Shown here: in pieces, positions 38,495 to 47,156 of the stretch
Layout of the letters: each line of letters begins with the position of its first letter
Position numbering within the stretch: the first letter of the stretch is position 1
From: an uncultured Planctomycetaceae bacterium
Lineage (GTDB): Bacteria > Planctomycetota > Phycisphaerae > UBA1845 > UTPLA1
Length of the DNA: 64,000 bases
Assembly: GCA_964599535.1 (NCBI GenBank)
Contig: CAZRFP010000001.1
Span: 3,558-67,557, forward strand
Reading direction: 5' to 3'
Program-made: the position numbers and the translations under genes
Notes under the pieces: generated by a model
Database searches by the model: none
The model's input: the letters and a program-made list of their open reading frames with translations, nothing else
Told to the model about the DNA's origin: nothing

Positions 38495-38591
38495 GGCCAA
38501 GACAACCGAAATCTCGGGTTGATGTGATTCGATCCGTTCGCACCGGCGGGACGTCGATGCTCCCCGACCCGCAAAGCCGTCTGTTCCGGCC
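38495..38591 (+). repeat. dispersed ~100-bp intergenic repeat, copy B
   Basis: Aligns with 43323..43420 and with the reverse complement of 938..1038. It ends 2 nt before the stop codon of the convergent minus-strand gene. Confidence 0.7.
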
Positions 38592-38593
38592 TG

Positions 38594-39880
38594 CTAGTCG
38601 ATTCGCACGCGGGCGGGCGCGGCGGAGGGGTTTTCGGCAAGTTCTTCGAGACGTTCGATCTGCGAGCGGAGGACTTCGGCCTGCGGCGAATCGGGGTATT
38701 GATCGATAACGCGCCGCGCCAGATCAAGCCCTTCGATGTAGCGGCCGGTTCGGACGAGGTCCATGAACTGTGCCTCTAGTCGCTGCCGGGTTTCAATTTC
38801 CGCGTTTCCTTCGAGCGTGTGCAACTGCATGCGGAGGGCCTCGGATTCTTCGGAGCCGGGGAATCGCTCGATAAACGCTTTTGCGGCGACGAAGGCTTCT
38901 TCCCAGCGGCGGCGCGTGACGAAGCGTTGCACTTCGGCGCTCATGCGGCGTTTCTGTTCGTCGTTGAATACGCGATGATCGCGCTCGATGCGCAGGATGA
39001 GCTGCCGGGCTTCGGCCGAGTCCGGATGGCGCTGCTGAAGATTCTGGGCCAACTCGCGGGCGCGGGTCCATGCCGAAATGCTGATGAGGTCTTCGACTTC
39101 GCGGGTCGTGTTGCGAACGTCTTCGGATTCGTGTCGCTCGCGCGACCTTTCGACATCGGCATAGACGCCGGCCGCACGCTTATCTTCGGGATGTCGGCGC
39201 GTGATGTGATCGGCCAGTTCGCGAGCCTGCGTGAAATTGCCCTCGCGCGCGAGCGTCTTGATGCGCGTGATGGCTTCCTCGATCTCCTCGTTGGCGACGC
39301 GGATTCGCTTCTGTTCGCGGGCCTCGTCGGAGAGCAGCGAGTTATCACGAATGTCGCTGAGTATGGCGATGGCCTCCCGCCATTGCGCGGCGACGGCCTC
39401 TGCCTCGGCGGTATCTGTCTTCGAGGTTGTTGAGCGAGAGGTTCGATCGCCGTCGGTCGAGGGCGCGGGCAGTTCGCTTCGTTCATATTGGAAGCGCTCC
39501 ATTCGCGTGAACGAGCGATGCAGATCGCGCAGCACGCGCAGCAGCGCCGCGATGCCGACGAGCAATCCGCCCAGTGCCAGGCCGCTCGCCAGATGAAGGC
39601 TGAAGCGATTGAGATCGTTGACGAAGTTCAGCGTCGGACTGCTGTCCAGCCAGCCGGTGCGGGCGTACATCTCCAGGGTGCCGACGATGACGAGCAGAAA
39701 GAGCACAACGGCGCCGACGATGCGCAGCCATGCGGCCGTTCGCGACTCGCGCTCATCCTGCGGCGGTGTAGGTTTTGTCGGATCGTTCATGGATGATAAC
39801 GTTCGACGGATGTCGGCATCGCCGGGCAGGCGCAGTCGGGGCGCATATCTCCCCCCCTCATTCAGGATATTATACACCAT
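38594..39880 (-). CDS. membrane protein with a C-terminal array of TPR-like helical repeats (hypothetical)
   Basis: Two TM helices, then 4-5 repeats of the pattern A+.L...Q+.PDS.EA..L. The alternative start is ATG 39790. Confidence 0.6.
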   Translation of the reverse strand: MVYNILNEGGRYAPRLRLPGDADIRRTLSSMNDPTKPTPPQDERESRTAAWLRIVGAVVLFLLVIVGTLEMYARTGWLDSSPTLNFVNDLNRFSLHLASGLALGGLLVGIAALLRVLRDLHRSFTRMERFQYERSELPAPSTDGDRTSRSTTSKTDTAEAEAVAAQWREAIAILSDIRDNSLLSDEAREQKRIRVANEEIEEAITRIKTLAREGNFTQARELADHITRRHPEDKRAAGVYADVERSRERHESEDVRNTTREVEDLISISAWTRARELAQNLQQRHPDSAEARQLILRIERDHRVFNDEQKRRMSAEVQRFVTRRRWEEAFVAAKAFIERFPGSEESEALRMQLHTLEGNAEIETRQRLEAQFMDLVRTGRYIEGLDLARRVIDQYPDSPQAEVLRSQIERLEELAENPSAAPARVRID

Positions 39881-39890
39881 GCAGGCCGTT

Positions 39891-40196
39891 TCAAGCGGGA
39901 AGGTCCGTATCTCGCCGTTTCAGCGCCCCCAGCGGCGCGTCCAAGTATCGCCGATGACAAGCGGTGCAGAGATCGTATCGCAGGGCGCGATAGACCTGGT
40001 TCTCGATCTCATCCGGGGTTTGGACGGCCATTTTTCGGATCAGGCTCTCAATCTCGGACTTATGATCGCGTTCCGCGTCGGCGGCCGTGATCTCCAGGCG
40101 GCCTGCGGCGGCGAAAGCTTCGATCTTAATGATGAAGTGATTCGAGCCGTCGCGGGCGAGGGTTTCTCGGCAGACATCGCATTGATAGCGGATCAT
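39891..40196 (-). CDS. small hypothetical protein with a split CxxC...CxxC (Zn-ribbon-like) signature
   Basis: 101 aa with CDVC at the N-terminus and CTAC near the C-terminus. Tightly spaced in the operon: 10 nt to the downstream gene and 57 nt from the upstream Ppx gene. Confidence 0.5.
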   Translation of the reverse strand: MIRYQCDVCRETLARDGSNHFIIKIEAFAAAGRLEITAADAERDHKSEIESLIRKMAVQTPDEIENQVYRALRYDLCTACHRRYLDAPLGALKRRDTDLPA

Positions 40197-40253
40197 CGTG
40201 GGCGCGGTCCCTTCCGGTCGGTGCGTAAGCGTGGGGCCAATTCGTGCATTTTA

Positions 40254-42002
40254 TCAGGAAGGTTCGGCTGCGACATCGGCGATGACCGGTGGCGGTGAGT
40301 CAGCCTCTGACGACACACTGAGATGCAGTCGCGCGCCCAGTTCGCGCTGGAACAGGGCTTCGTGTCGTCGGGTGGTGTACAGCTCAAGCTCGACATCATG
40401 CTCTGTCAGCACGTCGATGAAAACGTCGTCTCCCTCGATTCGGCATCGGACATCGCGAACGACTGAATAATGCGTGCGGTCGAGAGCGTTTGCGATGCGC
40501 AGCAGCACGGACAGCTTTCGCACCGGTCGACGCAACGACGGATGCAGATGGCGGAAGCTGTAGTGTGATTTCTTGGGGCGTTCCTTGCGATGGTAGCGGG
40601 CGATGTTGGCGATGATCTCGATTTCCTGCTCATCGAAGCCCTTGAGTTCGCCGTTTCGGATGAGGTAGTAGCCGTGCTTATGGTGACCGCGCTGGCTGAT
40701 GAGATAGCCGACATCGTGCAGCAGTGCGGCGTGTGACAGGAGTTCCTTGAAGCGCCCGTCGACGCCGTGGAGCGGCTGCAAGTCGTCGAAGATTCGCATG
40801 GCGAGCCGGGCGACTTGTTCGGCGTGTTCGCGTCGGTAGTCGCATCGCTCGGCAAGCTGGATGACGCTGCGAAGGCGCGGATTGGGCCATGCGGCGCGGG
40901 CGCGGAGCTTGCGCCGGTGGCTGCTGATGTAGTCGATGATGACACCTTCGCGGAGGGCGAAATCGCAGTACTCTATTTCCTCGATGCCGAGGGTTTTCAT
41001 GACCATGTGGAGCAGGGTGCATGCCGGGATGCTGGCATCGACGCGGCGGGCATCCATTCCCGGCACGCGCAGCCGCTCGGCGCGGCTCATGGAAGACATG
41101 CGGGCCAGAACCTGCTTGATGCCGTCGTGGCTTGTCCTGGGATTGGGCGCTTCGTCGTCTTCGAGCGTGCCGTGCAGGTGCGAGCAGATGAGGCTCAGGC
41201 TTTTGATCGCGCCGCTGGTGCCGATGCAGTGCGGCGTCGCGGGCAGCGCGCGGGCGAAGTTGTAGAGCGGCGACAGCTCGCGCTGGATCTGCCGGCGCAT
41301 CTGTTTGATCTCGTGGCCGGTCGGCGGATCAGACTTGATGAAGAGTTCGGCCAGCCGCGAACCGCCGAGCTTGACGCTGTGTATGAAAGAGGCGCGGCGC
41401 GAATTTCCGATGATGAATTCGACGCTGCCGCCGCCGATGTCGATGATTAGATTGTCCGCCAGCCCCAGCGACATGGCGTGGCGCACGCCGAGGTAGATCA
41501 AGCGGCCTTCTTCTTCGCAGGTGATGACGCGCAAGTCGAGTCCGGTTTCTCGCCAGACTCGGTCGACGAACTCACCGCCGTTTTGTGCCTCTCGAACGGC
41601 ACTGGTCGCGACGGCTTTGATCTTGGTGACGCCCTTGAGTTCGGCCATCTTGACGAAGCGTTTGAGCGCGCCGATGCCGGCGTCCATGGCCTCGGGCGTG
41701 AGCAGGTGTTCGGTGAATCCGCCTCGGCCGAGCTGCACCATGTCCTTGTCGGCGCCGAGGACTTTGAAGTCGCCGCGCGGCGAGATTTCGGCCATGACGA
41801 GGTGAATGCTGTTGGTGCCGACATCGATCGCGCCGAACTTCATCGGCGCGGGCGATGCGGAACGGCGGCGGTCGATCGAATCGACCGTCGCGTAAAGGGC
41901 GTCGTCCGCGGCGTCGAACGCGACACGCGTGAATCCATCGGGGCGGCCGCGGTCTTCGGTCAGGTCGGTCGCCAGAGGCGCTTCGTCTGCGGATTCAGTC
42001 AT
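40254..42002 (-). CDS. ppx: Ppx/GppA-family phosphatase with a C-terminal HD domain (exopolyphosphatase / pppGpp phosphohydrolase type)
   Basis: AIDVGTNSIHLV and DIGGGSVE are the ASKHA-fold motifs. LLHDVGY..HHKH is the HD domain. The alternative start is ATG 41843 (MKFGAIDVG). Confidence 0.85.
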   Translation of the reverse strand: MTESADEAPLATDLTEDRGRPDGFTRVAFDAADDALYATVDSIDRRRSASPAPMKFGAIDVGTNSIHLVMAEISPRGDFKVLGADKDMVQLGRGGFTEHLLTPEAMDAGIGALKRFVKMAELKGVTKIKAVATSAVREAQNGGEFVDRVWRETGLDLRVITCEEEGRLIYLGVRHAMSLGLADNLIIDIGGGSVEFIIGNSRRASFIHSVKLGGSRLAELFIKSDPPTGHEIKQMRRQIQRELSPLYNFARALPATPHCIGTSGAIKSLSLICSHLHGTLEDDEAPNPRTSHDGIKQVLARMSSMSRAERLRVPGMDARRVDASIPACTLLHMVMKTLGIEEIEYCDFALREGVIIDYISSHRRKLRARAAWPNPRLRSVIQLAERCDYRREHAEQVARLAMRIFDDLQPLHGVDGRFKELLSHAALLHDVGYLISQRGHHKHGYYLIRNGELKGFDEQEIEIIANIARYHRKERPKKSHYSFRHLHPSLRRPVRKLSVLLRIANALDRTHYSVVRDVRCRIEGDDVFIDVLTEHDVELELYTTRRHEALFQRELGARLHLSVSSEADSPPPVIADVAAEPS

Positions 42003-42071
42003 GTAGTCTTGATCGGTCGGAATGGCAGTCCTCTTGCGGTGGCGTTTGGGGCGGTCGTGCCTGGCGCGATG

Positions 42072-43013
42072 TCAGACGCGCTCAACGGCGAGCCGCGGGT
42101 TCGCGACGGCGGCGCGAGGGGCGGCCGACCCGTCTGATTGTACCCGACCGAGGACCTGCGACTCAATCGCGGCGCGCAAACGAGGCCAGCCGATCAGAAT
42201 CTCGCTCAGTTCGTCGTTCATTCGGCGGGCGCGCCGGGCGGCGTAGTCGAGAATTTTGGCGGACCATTCGGGGCCGGCGGCCAGCATTTGCTCGTCTCGA
42301 GCGAGTTGCGTGAGCAGTCGGGCGGCACAGAAATGATCGTTCCATGCGCCGAGGCGATCCTGCATGGCGGCGAATTGTCTGAGCAGATCGTCTCGATTTT
42401 CGCCATCGAGTCGCGTCATCAGCTCGGTTGTATAGCGCAGCGCCTTGAGGCGAATGCGCGTCTTATGGATACCCGGTCCGTGATCGCGCGACGGCGGACG
42501 ATCGAGAAGTGTCTCGGCCTTCTGGCGCCAGAATTCCCGGGCGGATGCCAAAAGATTCTTGTTGCGTCGGCGCGTTTGAATTCGGTCAATGGACTGGCAG
42601 AGTTCGGCGACTTCACGCCGGACGGCGTTCGGGCTTAATCGACGGATGGTCTTTCGCGCGGCGACGAGGTCGTCTTCGCGATGGATGACGAGCATGCCTT
42701 GCAGTTTGGCGATGTCGTCGGCGCCGCTCAGCCCGTCGTGCTTTGAATCGGCCAGGGCGATGAGCAGCACGTCGGCATCGCGGACATCGCGGAGCGAGTT
42801 GCGCACGGCGCGGAGCTTCTTCTGATGTTTGGCGCAGCGCTTCGCGCCCATCGAGCGGCCGATCAATTCGAGAGGCTCTGTCAGGCGGCGCGATGCGACG
42901 CGTAATTCGTGAACGGCCTCGATGTCGCGCGTGGCTGCCACGCGCGTTAGCGCGGACTCCAAGCGATCAAGGTGCTTTGAGACAAACTTTACCAGCCCGT
43001 CAGTGGGTGACAT
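42072..43013 (-). CDS. CHAD domain protein
   Basis: Repeated His/Arg-rich helices are VHELRVASRRL, LRDVRDADV and HKTRIRLKALRY. Lies immediately upstream of ppx. Confidence 0.8.
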   Translation of the reverse strand: MSPTDGLVKFVSKHLDRLESALTRVAATRDIEAVHELRVASRRLTEPLELIGRSMGAKRCAKHQKKLRAVRNSLRDVRDADVLLIALADSKHDGLSGADDIAKLQGMLVIHREDDLVAARKTIRRLSPNAVRREVAELCQSIDRIQTRRRNKNLLASAREFWRQKAETLLDRPPSRDHGPGIHKTRIRLKALRYTTELMTRLDGENRDDLLRQFAAMQDRLGAWNDHFCAARLLTQLARDEQMLAAGPEWSAKILDYAARRARRMNDELSEILIGWPRLRAAIESQVLGRVQSDGSAAPRAAVANPRLAVERV

Positions 43014-43322
43014 GCCCGCAGCTCCTGCAATGTCGGCGACGATTCTGGTTTAGACATGGTTGAATCGCTGATTCGGATATTACCGCGCCGCGCGGTTCAT
43101 TTGAATCGATTTGTGCCTCGTCATTGCATAAAGTGGGTCATGCGTCGAGCGTTTATCGATATAAGCTTCGGAATGACATGTTGTTAATGCGTCCGAATCT
43201 GAATATTAAGTTTTGCCGCGACGGAAAATCACAGGTGGTGAAGTGCGAAAAAAGTGTTCGAAATGAGCTTGTCATGTAGGTGGGCTGTGTAGAGCGCTTG
43301 CGCCGCGTGCCTTGAGGCAAGT

Positions 43323-43420
43323 GGGCCGAAAAATCCGAGATTTCGGGTTGTGGTGATTCGATCCGTGCGCACCGGCGGGACGCCGATGCACCCGGACACC
43401 CAAAGTCACCTGTCTCGGCG
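43323..43420 (+). repeat. dispersed ~100-bp intergenic repeat, copy C
   Basis: Aligns with copy B across GGGTTGTGGTGATTCGATCCGTGCGCACCGGCGGGACGCCGATGC. Lies 30 nt beyond the hldE stop codon. Confidence 0.7.
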
Positions 43421-43450
43421 TATTAAAGCAGGCGTTGGATTGCAACAGGC

Positions 43451-44929
43451 TTACAAATTTCGAATCTTCTCGACGATTCCCGATGTGCTCAGGCCTTCGA
43501 CCATCGGCGCGAGGACGACGCGACCGCCGCGCGATTCGACGAATTCCTGCCCCGCGATCGGCTTACCTTCCCAGTCGCGGCCTTTGACGAGTACATCCGG
43601 CGAGACGGCCTCGATCAGTCGCTGCGGTGTGTCTTCATCGAACAAGACGATGTAGTCCACATCGGACATGGCGGCGAGAACGGCCGCGCGCTCGGACTGC
43701 CCGACGATGGGACGGCCTGCGCCTTTGTTGAGGCGTCTGATCGAAGCGTCGGAGTTGAGGCCGACCACGACGACGTCGCCGCATTCCTTGCACAGCGCAA
43801 AGGTCGCGGCGTGGCCCGCATGGATGAGATCGAAGCAGCCGTTGGTGAAGACCATCTTCTGTCCGCGGGCGCGTCGGCGCGAGAGTTCGGGAACGATCTG
43901 CTCGACGGTTCGGAGTTTGCCGAGGCTTTTGTGGTGCTCGAGCATGATCTCGCCGAGGACTTCGTCGCGTGTGATGGGCACGCAGCCGAACTTCTCTACC
44001 TCCAGCCCGCCGGCGATGTTGGCCAGCGCGGCGGCCTCGCGCAAGTCTCCGCCTGCGGCCATCGCGACGGCCATCGCGGCGAGCACTTCGTCGCCCGCGC
44101 CTGTGACGTCGTATACGTCGCGCCGCTTGGTGGGGACGTGCTCAAACGCGCCGTCGGGACCGATGATCGCCATGCCGTCGGCATCGAGTGTGACGCAGGC
44201 AAACCGCGTGCGGCAGGCATCGAGGATGGTGCGTGACGCCGTCTCGACCGCGTCCATGCCGCGCAGGCGCAGGCCGGTGAGGCGCTCGGTTTCGGCGCGA
44301 TTGGGCGTAACGGCGAAGGCGCCCGCGTAGCGGCCGTAGTTTTCGATGTTCGCCGGATCGACGAGCACCGGCGCGCCTCGGCGCTCGGCCAGTTTGATCA
44401 CCTCGCGGCAGAGTGCCTCGGTGACGACACCCTTGTTGTAGTCTTCGATGCAGACGACGGAGCAGCGCGCGAGGCGCCGCTCGATCTGCTCGAGAAGGCG
44501 GCGCGTCGTCGTCTCGCTGATCGGCTCGGTCGATTCGTCGTCGATGCGGATGAGCTGCTGTCGATGTTTGTGCTGCGCCAGGCCGATGAGGCGCGTCTTG
44601 CGCGTCGTGCGGCGGCCGGGGATTTTGACCAGCCCGCTCGCGTCCGCGCCGGCGGATTGCAGCATGTCCGTCAGGCGGTCGCCGTCGGACTGATCTCCGA
44701 TCATGCCGACGCAGTGGGCGACGGCGCCCAGCGCCGCGACATCGGCCGCGACCGATCCCGCGCCGCCGAGCGCGTCTTCCTCGCTGACGACGCGCAGCAC
44801 GGGCACGGGGGCCTCCGGGCTGATGCGCTCGGCGTCGCCGTAGAGGTAGTGGTCGATCATGAAGTCGCCCACGACGAGAATGTGGGCGTCCTTGGGCTTT
44901 TCGAGCAATTCACACAGCCGCTGCCACAT
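43451..44929 (-). CDS. hldE: bifunctional D-beta-D-heptose 7-phosphate kinase / D-beta-D-heptose 1-phosphate adenylyltransferase
   Basis: N-terminal ribokinase-like segments are VVGDFMIDHY and DVTGAGDE. The C-terminal cytidylyltransferase segment is FTNGCFDLIHAGH. The ATG at 44929 has GGAG 8 nt upstream; the longer ORF reaches 44980. Confidence 0.9.
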   Translation of the reverse strand: MWQRLCELLEKPKDAHILVVGDFMIDHYLYGDAERISPEAPVPVLRVVSEEDALGGAGSVAADVAALGAVAHCVGMIGDQSDGDRLTDMLQSAGADASGLVKIPGRRTTRKTRLIGLAQHKHRQQLIRIDDESTEPISETTTRRLLEQIERRLARCSVVCIEDYNKGVVTEALCREVIKLAERRGAPVLVDPANIENYGRYAGAFAVTPNRAETERLTGLRLRGMDAVETASRTILDACRTRFACVTLDADGMAIIGPDGAFEHVPTKRRDVYDVTGAGDEVLAAMAVAMAAGGDLREAAALANIAGGLEVEKFGCVPITRDEVLGEIMLEHHKSLGKLRTVEQIVPELSRRRARGQKMVFTNGCFDLIHAGHAATFALCKECGDVVVVGLNSDASIRRLNKGAGRPIVGQSERAAVLAAMSDVDYIVLFDEDTPQRLIEAVSPDVLVKGRDWEGKPIAGQEFVESRGGRVVLAPMVEGLSTSGIVEKIRNL

Positions 44930-45515
44930 GGGCGAGACTCCGGACGCGGCGAAACCATGCCGCACACAAAACGCGGGCACGATGCGCTGATACGACGGCT
45001 ATTCTATTGTTGACGCGGCGGGTTGCCATGACCGATTGCCTGCGCTCCGGCTCGAAACCTCATCGCGATGGCAGAAGGGTATCGCATCGGCGCAAAACAG
45101 GGTTTCGCGGTCCGGGTGCAAGGCAGTGCTTTGCGTTCCCGTTTTTCATCTGTATCGTGGCAATCGGCTCCACGCCCCGGGTCCCAACTTTCGAGTCTCA
45201 AGCCCTATGCCGCCAGCCTCTCGCTTGCAGCCCTAACATTATTGCCAATGGTGTTTTACAAGCGACCGTATGCGTTTCGGCTGCGAACGGGCCTCTTGAC
45301 CGCAGGGTGGAATCCGCGTTTTCAGCCTTTCGGCGGTCGCTGCGACCCCTCTATCAGCACTATGGCGCAAGATTTGTCCAATAAAAACTCAAGTCGGCAA
45401 CTTTCGCCCGCCGAATTCTCATTATCGGATGTTCCGCGAGGGTTGCGCCGAAAAGGCCGGCCTGAATTTTCAAAATATGCAAGCGGCCATCGTGCCGTGT
45501 GAGGGTTTCCGCGCT

Positions 45516-46886
45516 ATGAGAATCATCGCCATCGCCAATCAGAAGGGCGGATGCGGCAAAACGACGGTTTCGATCAATCTGGCGGCGTGTCTTGCCCGAG
45601 AGGGTCAGCGCACGCTCGTCGTTGATCTCGATCCGCAGGGTCACTGCGCGCTGGGTCTGGCCGTGCCGGAGGAGCAGATTGAAGTGAGCGTCGCGTCGAT
45701 TCTGGCGCACGATCCGGGCGAGAATCATGTCGATCTCAGCCGGGTGATCTGGCAGATATCCACGAACTTCGATCTGATCCCCTCGAAGATTGACCTTTCG
45801 GCGCTCGAGCGATCGCTGGCGAATGTGGACGGCCGCGAGCGTCGCTTGCAGCAAGCGCTGCGTTCGATTCACGGGCGTTACGACTTTGTGATTATTGATA
45901 CGCCGCCGACGATCGGCTATCTGACCGAGAGCGCGTTGTATGCGGCCGATGAGGTCATCGTGCCGGTCGATACGGGCTATTTTTCGCTGCATGGTCTGTC
46001 GAAGCAGTTGGAGACGATCCGGCGGCTTCGGTCGACGTGGGATCGCCAGATGACGCTTCGCATTCTGGCGAATCATTACGACGTTCGCACGAAGCTGGCC
46101 CGCGAGATTCTGGCAGAGCTTCGCAAGCGGCACGGCGATGCCATGTTTGCGACATTCATCAACTTCAACACGAAGCTGAAGGAAAGCTCCAGTCTCGGCC
46201 AGCCCATTACGGAATACGATCCCGCGAGCAGCGGCTGCCGCGACTTTGTTCGGTTCGCGCGCGAGTTGATTGCGCTGCGGCCGAGCGCCGCGCCGACGGA
46301 AGTGGTGAATTCGGCGGTCGCCATTCAGTCCGCGCCGACGCTTCAGGTGGCTGAGCCACAGCGTCCGGCGACGCCGGTCGCGCGCAGCGCAACGGAGCTG
46401 AGCCTGCTGGCGCGCGCCGACGCGTTGGCGGCGGATGCGAGCAAGCTGCTGGCGACATCTCAGACGCTGATCGGCTCCGGCCGCGGCGCGTCGAGCGGAG
46501 AAGCCTGGTCCGCGAACGAGAATCGCAGCACTCTGATTCAGCGGGATGCGGCGCTATCACACGTCGAGACGGCGCGGAAGATCGAACGCATCTACGGACC
46601 TCAGCCGGTCGAAGACGGCATCGTCTTCATCACGCGCGCGGCTGGCGCGCATCGCGTTCAGATCGCGGGCGACTTCAACGATTGGAACCCGGCCCGCTCG
46701 CCGATGATGCGCATCGACGAGGATACGTTTCAGATCCGACTTCCGCTTCGTCCGGGTCGCTACGGCTATCGCTTTGTCATCGACGGGCAATGGCGGAACG
46801 ATCCCGCGAACCATCGCACCGAGCTGAATCCTTTCGGCGAGTTGAACAACATTGTCGAGTACAGCGGCATGTCGGCCGCCATCTGA
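45516..46886 (+). CDS. ParA/MinD-type P-loop ATPase fused to a C-terminal CBM48 / AMPK-beta-like glycogen-binding module
   Basis: The deviant Walker A is IANQKGGCGKTT, followed by VVDLDPQG and IIDTPP. An Ala/Ser/Pro linker comes next. The C-terminal module reads HRVQIAGDFNDWNP...GRYGYRFVIDGQWRNDP. Confidence 0.85.
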   Translation: MRIIAIANQKGGCGKTTVSINLAACLAREGQRTLVVDLDPQGHCALGLAVPEEQIEVSVASILAHDPGENHVDLSRVIWQISTNFDLIPSKIDLSALERSLANVDGRERRLQQALRSIHGRYDFVIIDTPPTIGYLTESALYAADEVIVPVDTGYFSLHGLSKQLETIRRLRSTWDRQMTLRILANHYDVRTKLAREILAELRKRHGDAMFATFINFNTKLKESSSLGQPITEYDPASSGCRDFVRFARELIALRPSAAPTEVVNSAVAIQSAPTLQVAEPQRPATPVARSATELSLLARADALAADASKLLATSQTLIGSGRGASSGEAWSANENRSTLIQRDAALSHVETARKIERIYGPQPVEDGIVFITRAAGAHRVQIAGDFNDWNPARSPMMRIDEDTFQIRLPLRPGRYGYRFVIDGQWRNDPANHRTELNPFGELNNIVEYSGMSAAI

Positions 46887-47156
46887 CGATTGTCTGCCAT
46901 TCCTGCGCCGCTCCGATTTTTCCCGCGCGCAGTTCCCTCCTGCGGCGAATCGCATCATTGCACGAACGCACTGAATCTTGCCCGGCTCCGCGAGGGTCGA
47001 TAGAATCAACGTCGATCAATCTCGCCGGGCCTGCATCTACCGTGATACACAGCGGCCCGAAGCGGCGAAGCGTGCGATAGCCCAGGGTCGTCGCCGCGAC
47101 GCCGGAAATTCCTCGCATCACGCGCGTTCACGACATCGGCAAGGGAGCAAGCAGGG

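Noticed and set aside
38520-38550. tRNA-like T-arm/acceptor remnant (GATTCGATCC...GCGCACC) inside the dispersed repeat
   Set aside because: No 5-bp T-stem can be drawn around the TTCGA-like loop. No D-arm or anticodon arm is present.
38495-38591. Short conserved peptide (VIRSVRTGGT...) encoded by dispersed-repeat copies B and C
   Set aside because: There is no start codon or RBS in a consistent position. Copy A is in a different context. Substitutions between copies show no clear synonymous bias.
45516-46886. Plasmid or integrated-element partition locus
   Set aside because: There is no parB, parS-like palindrome, rep gene, integrase or relaxase nearby. The flanking genes are chromosomal housekeeping or cell-envelope genes.
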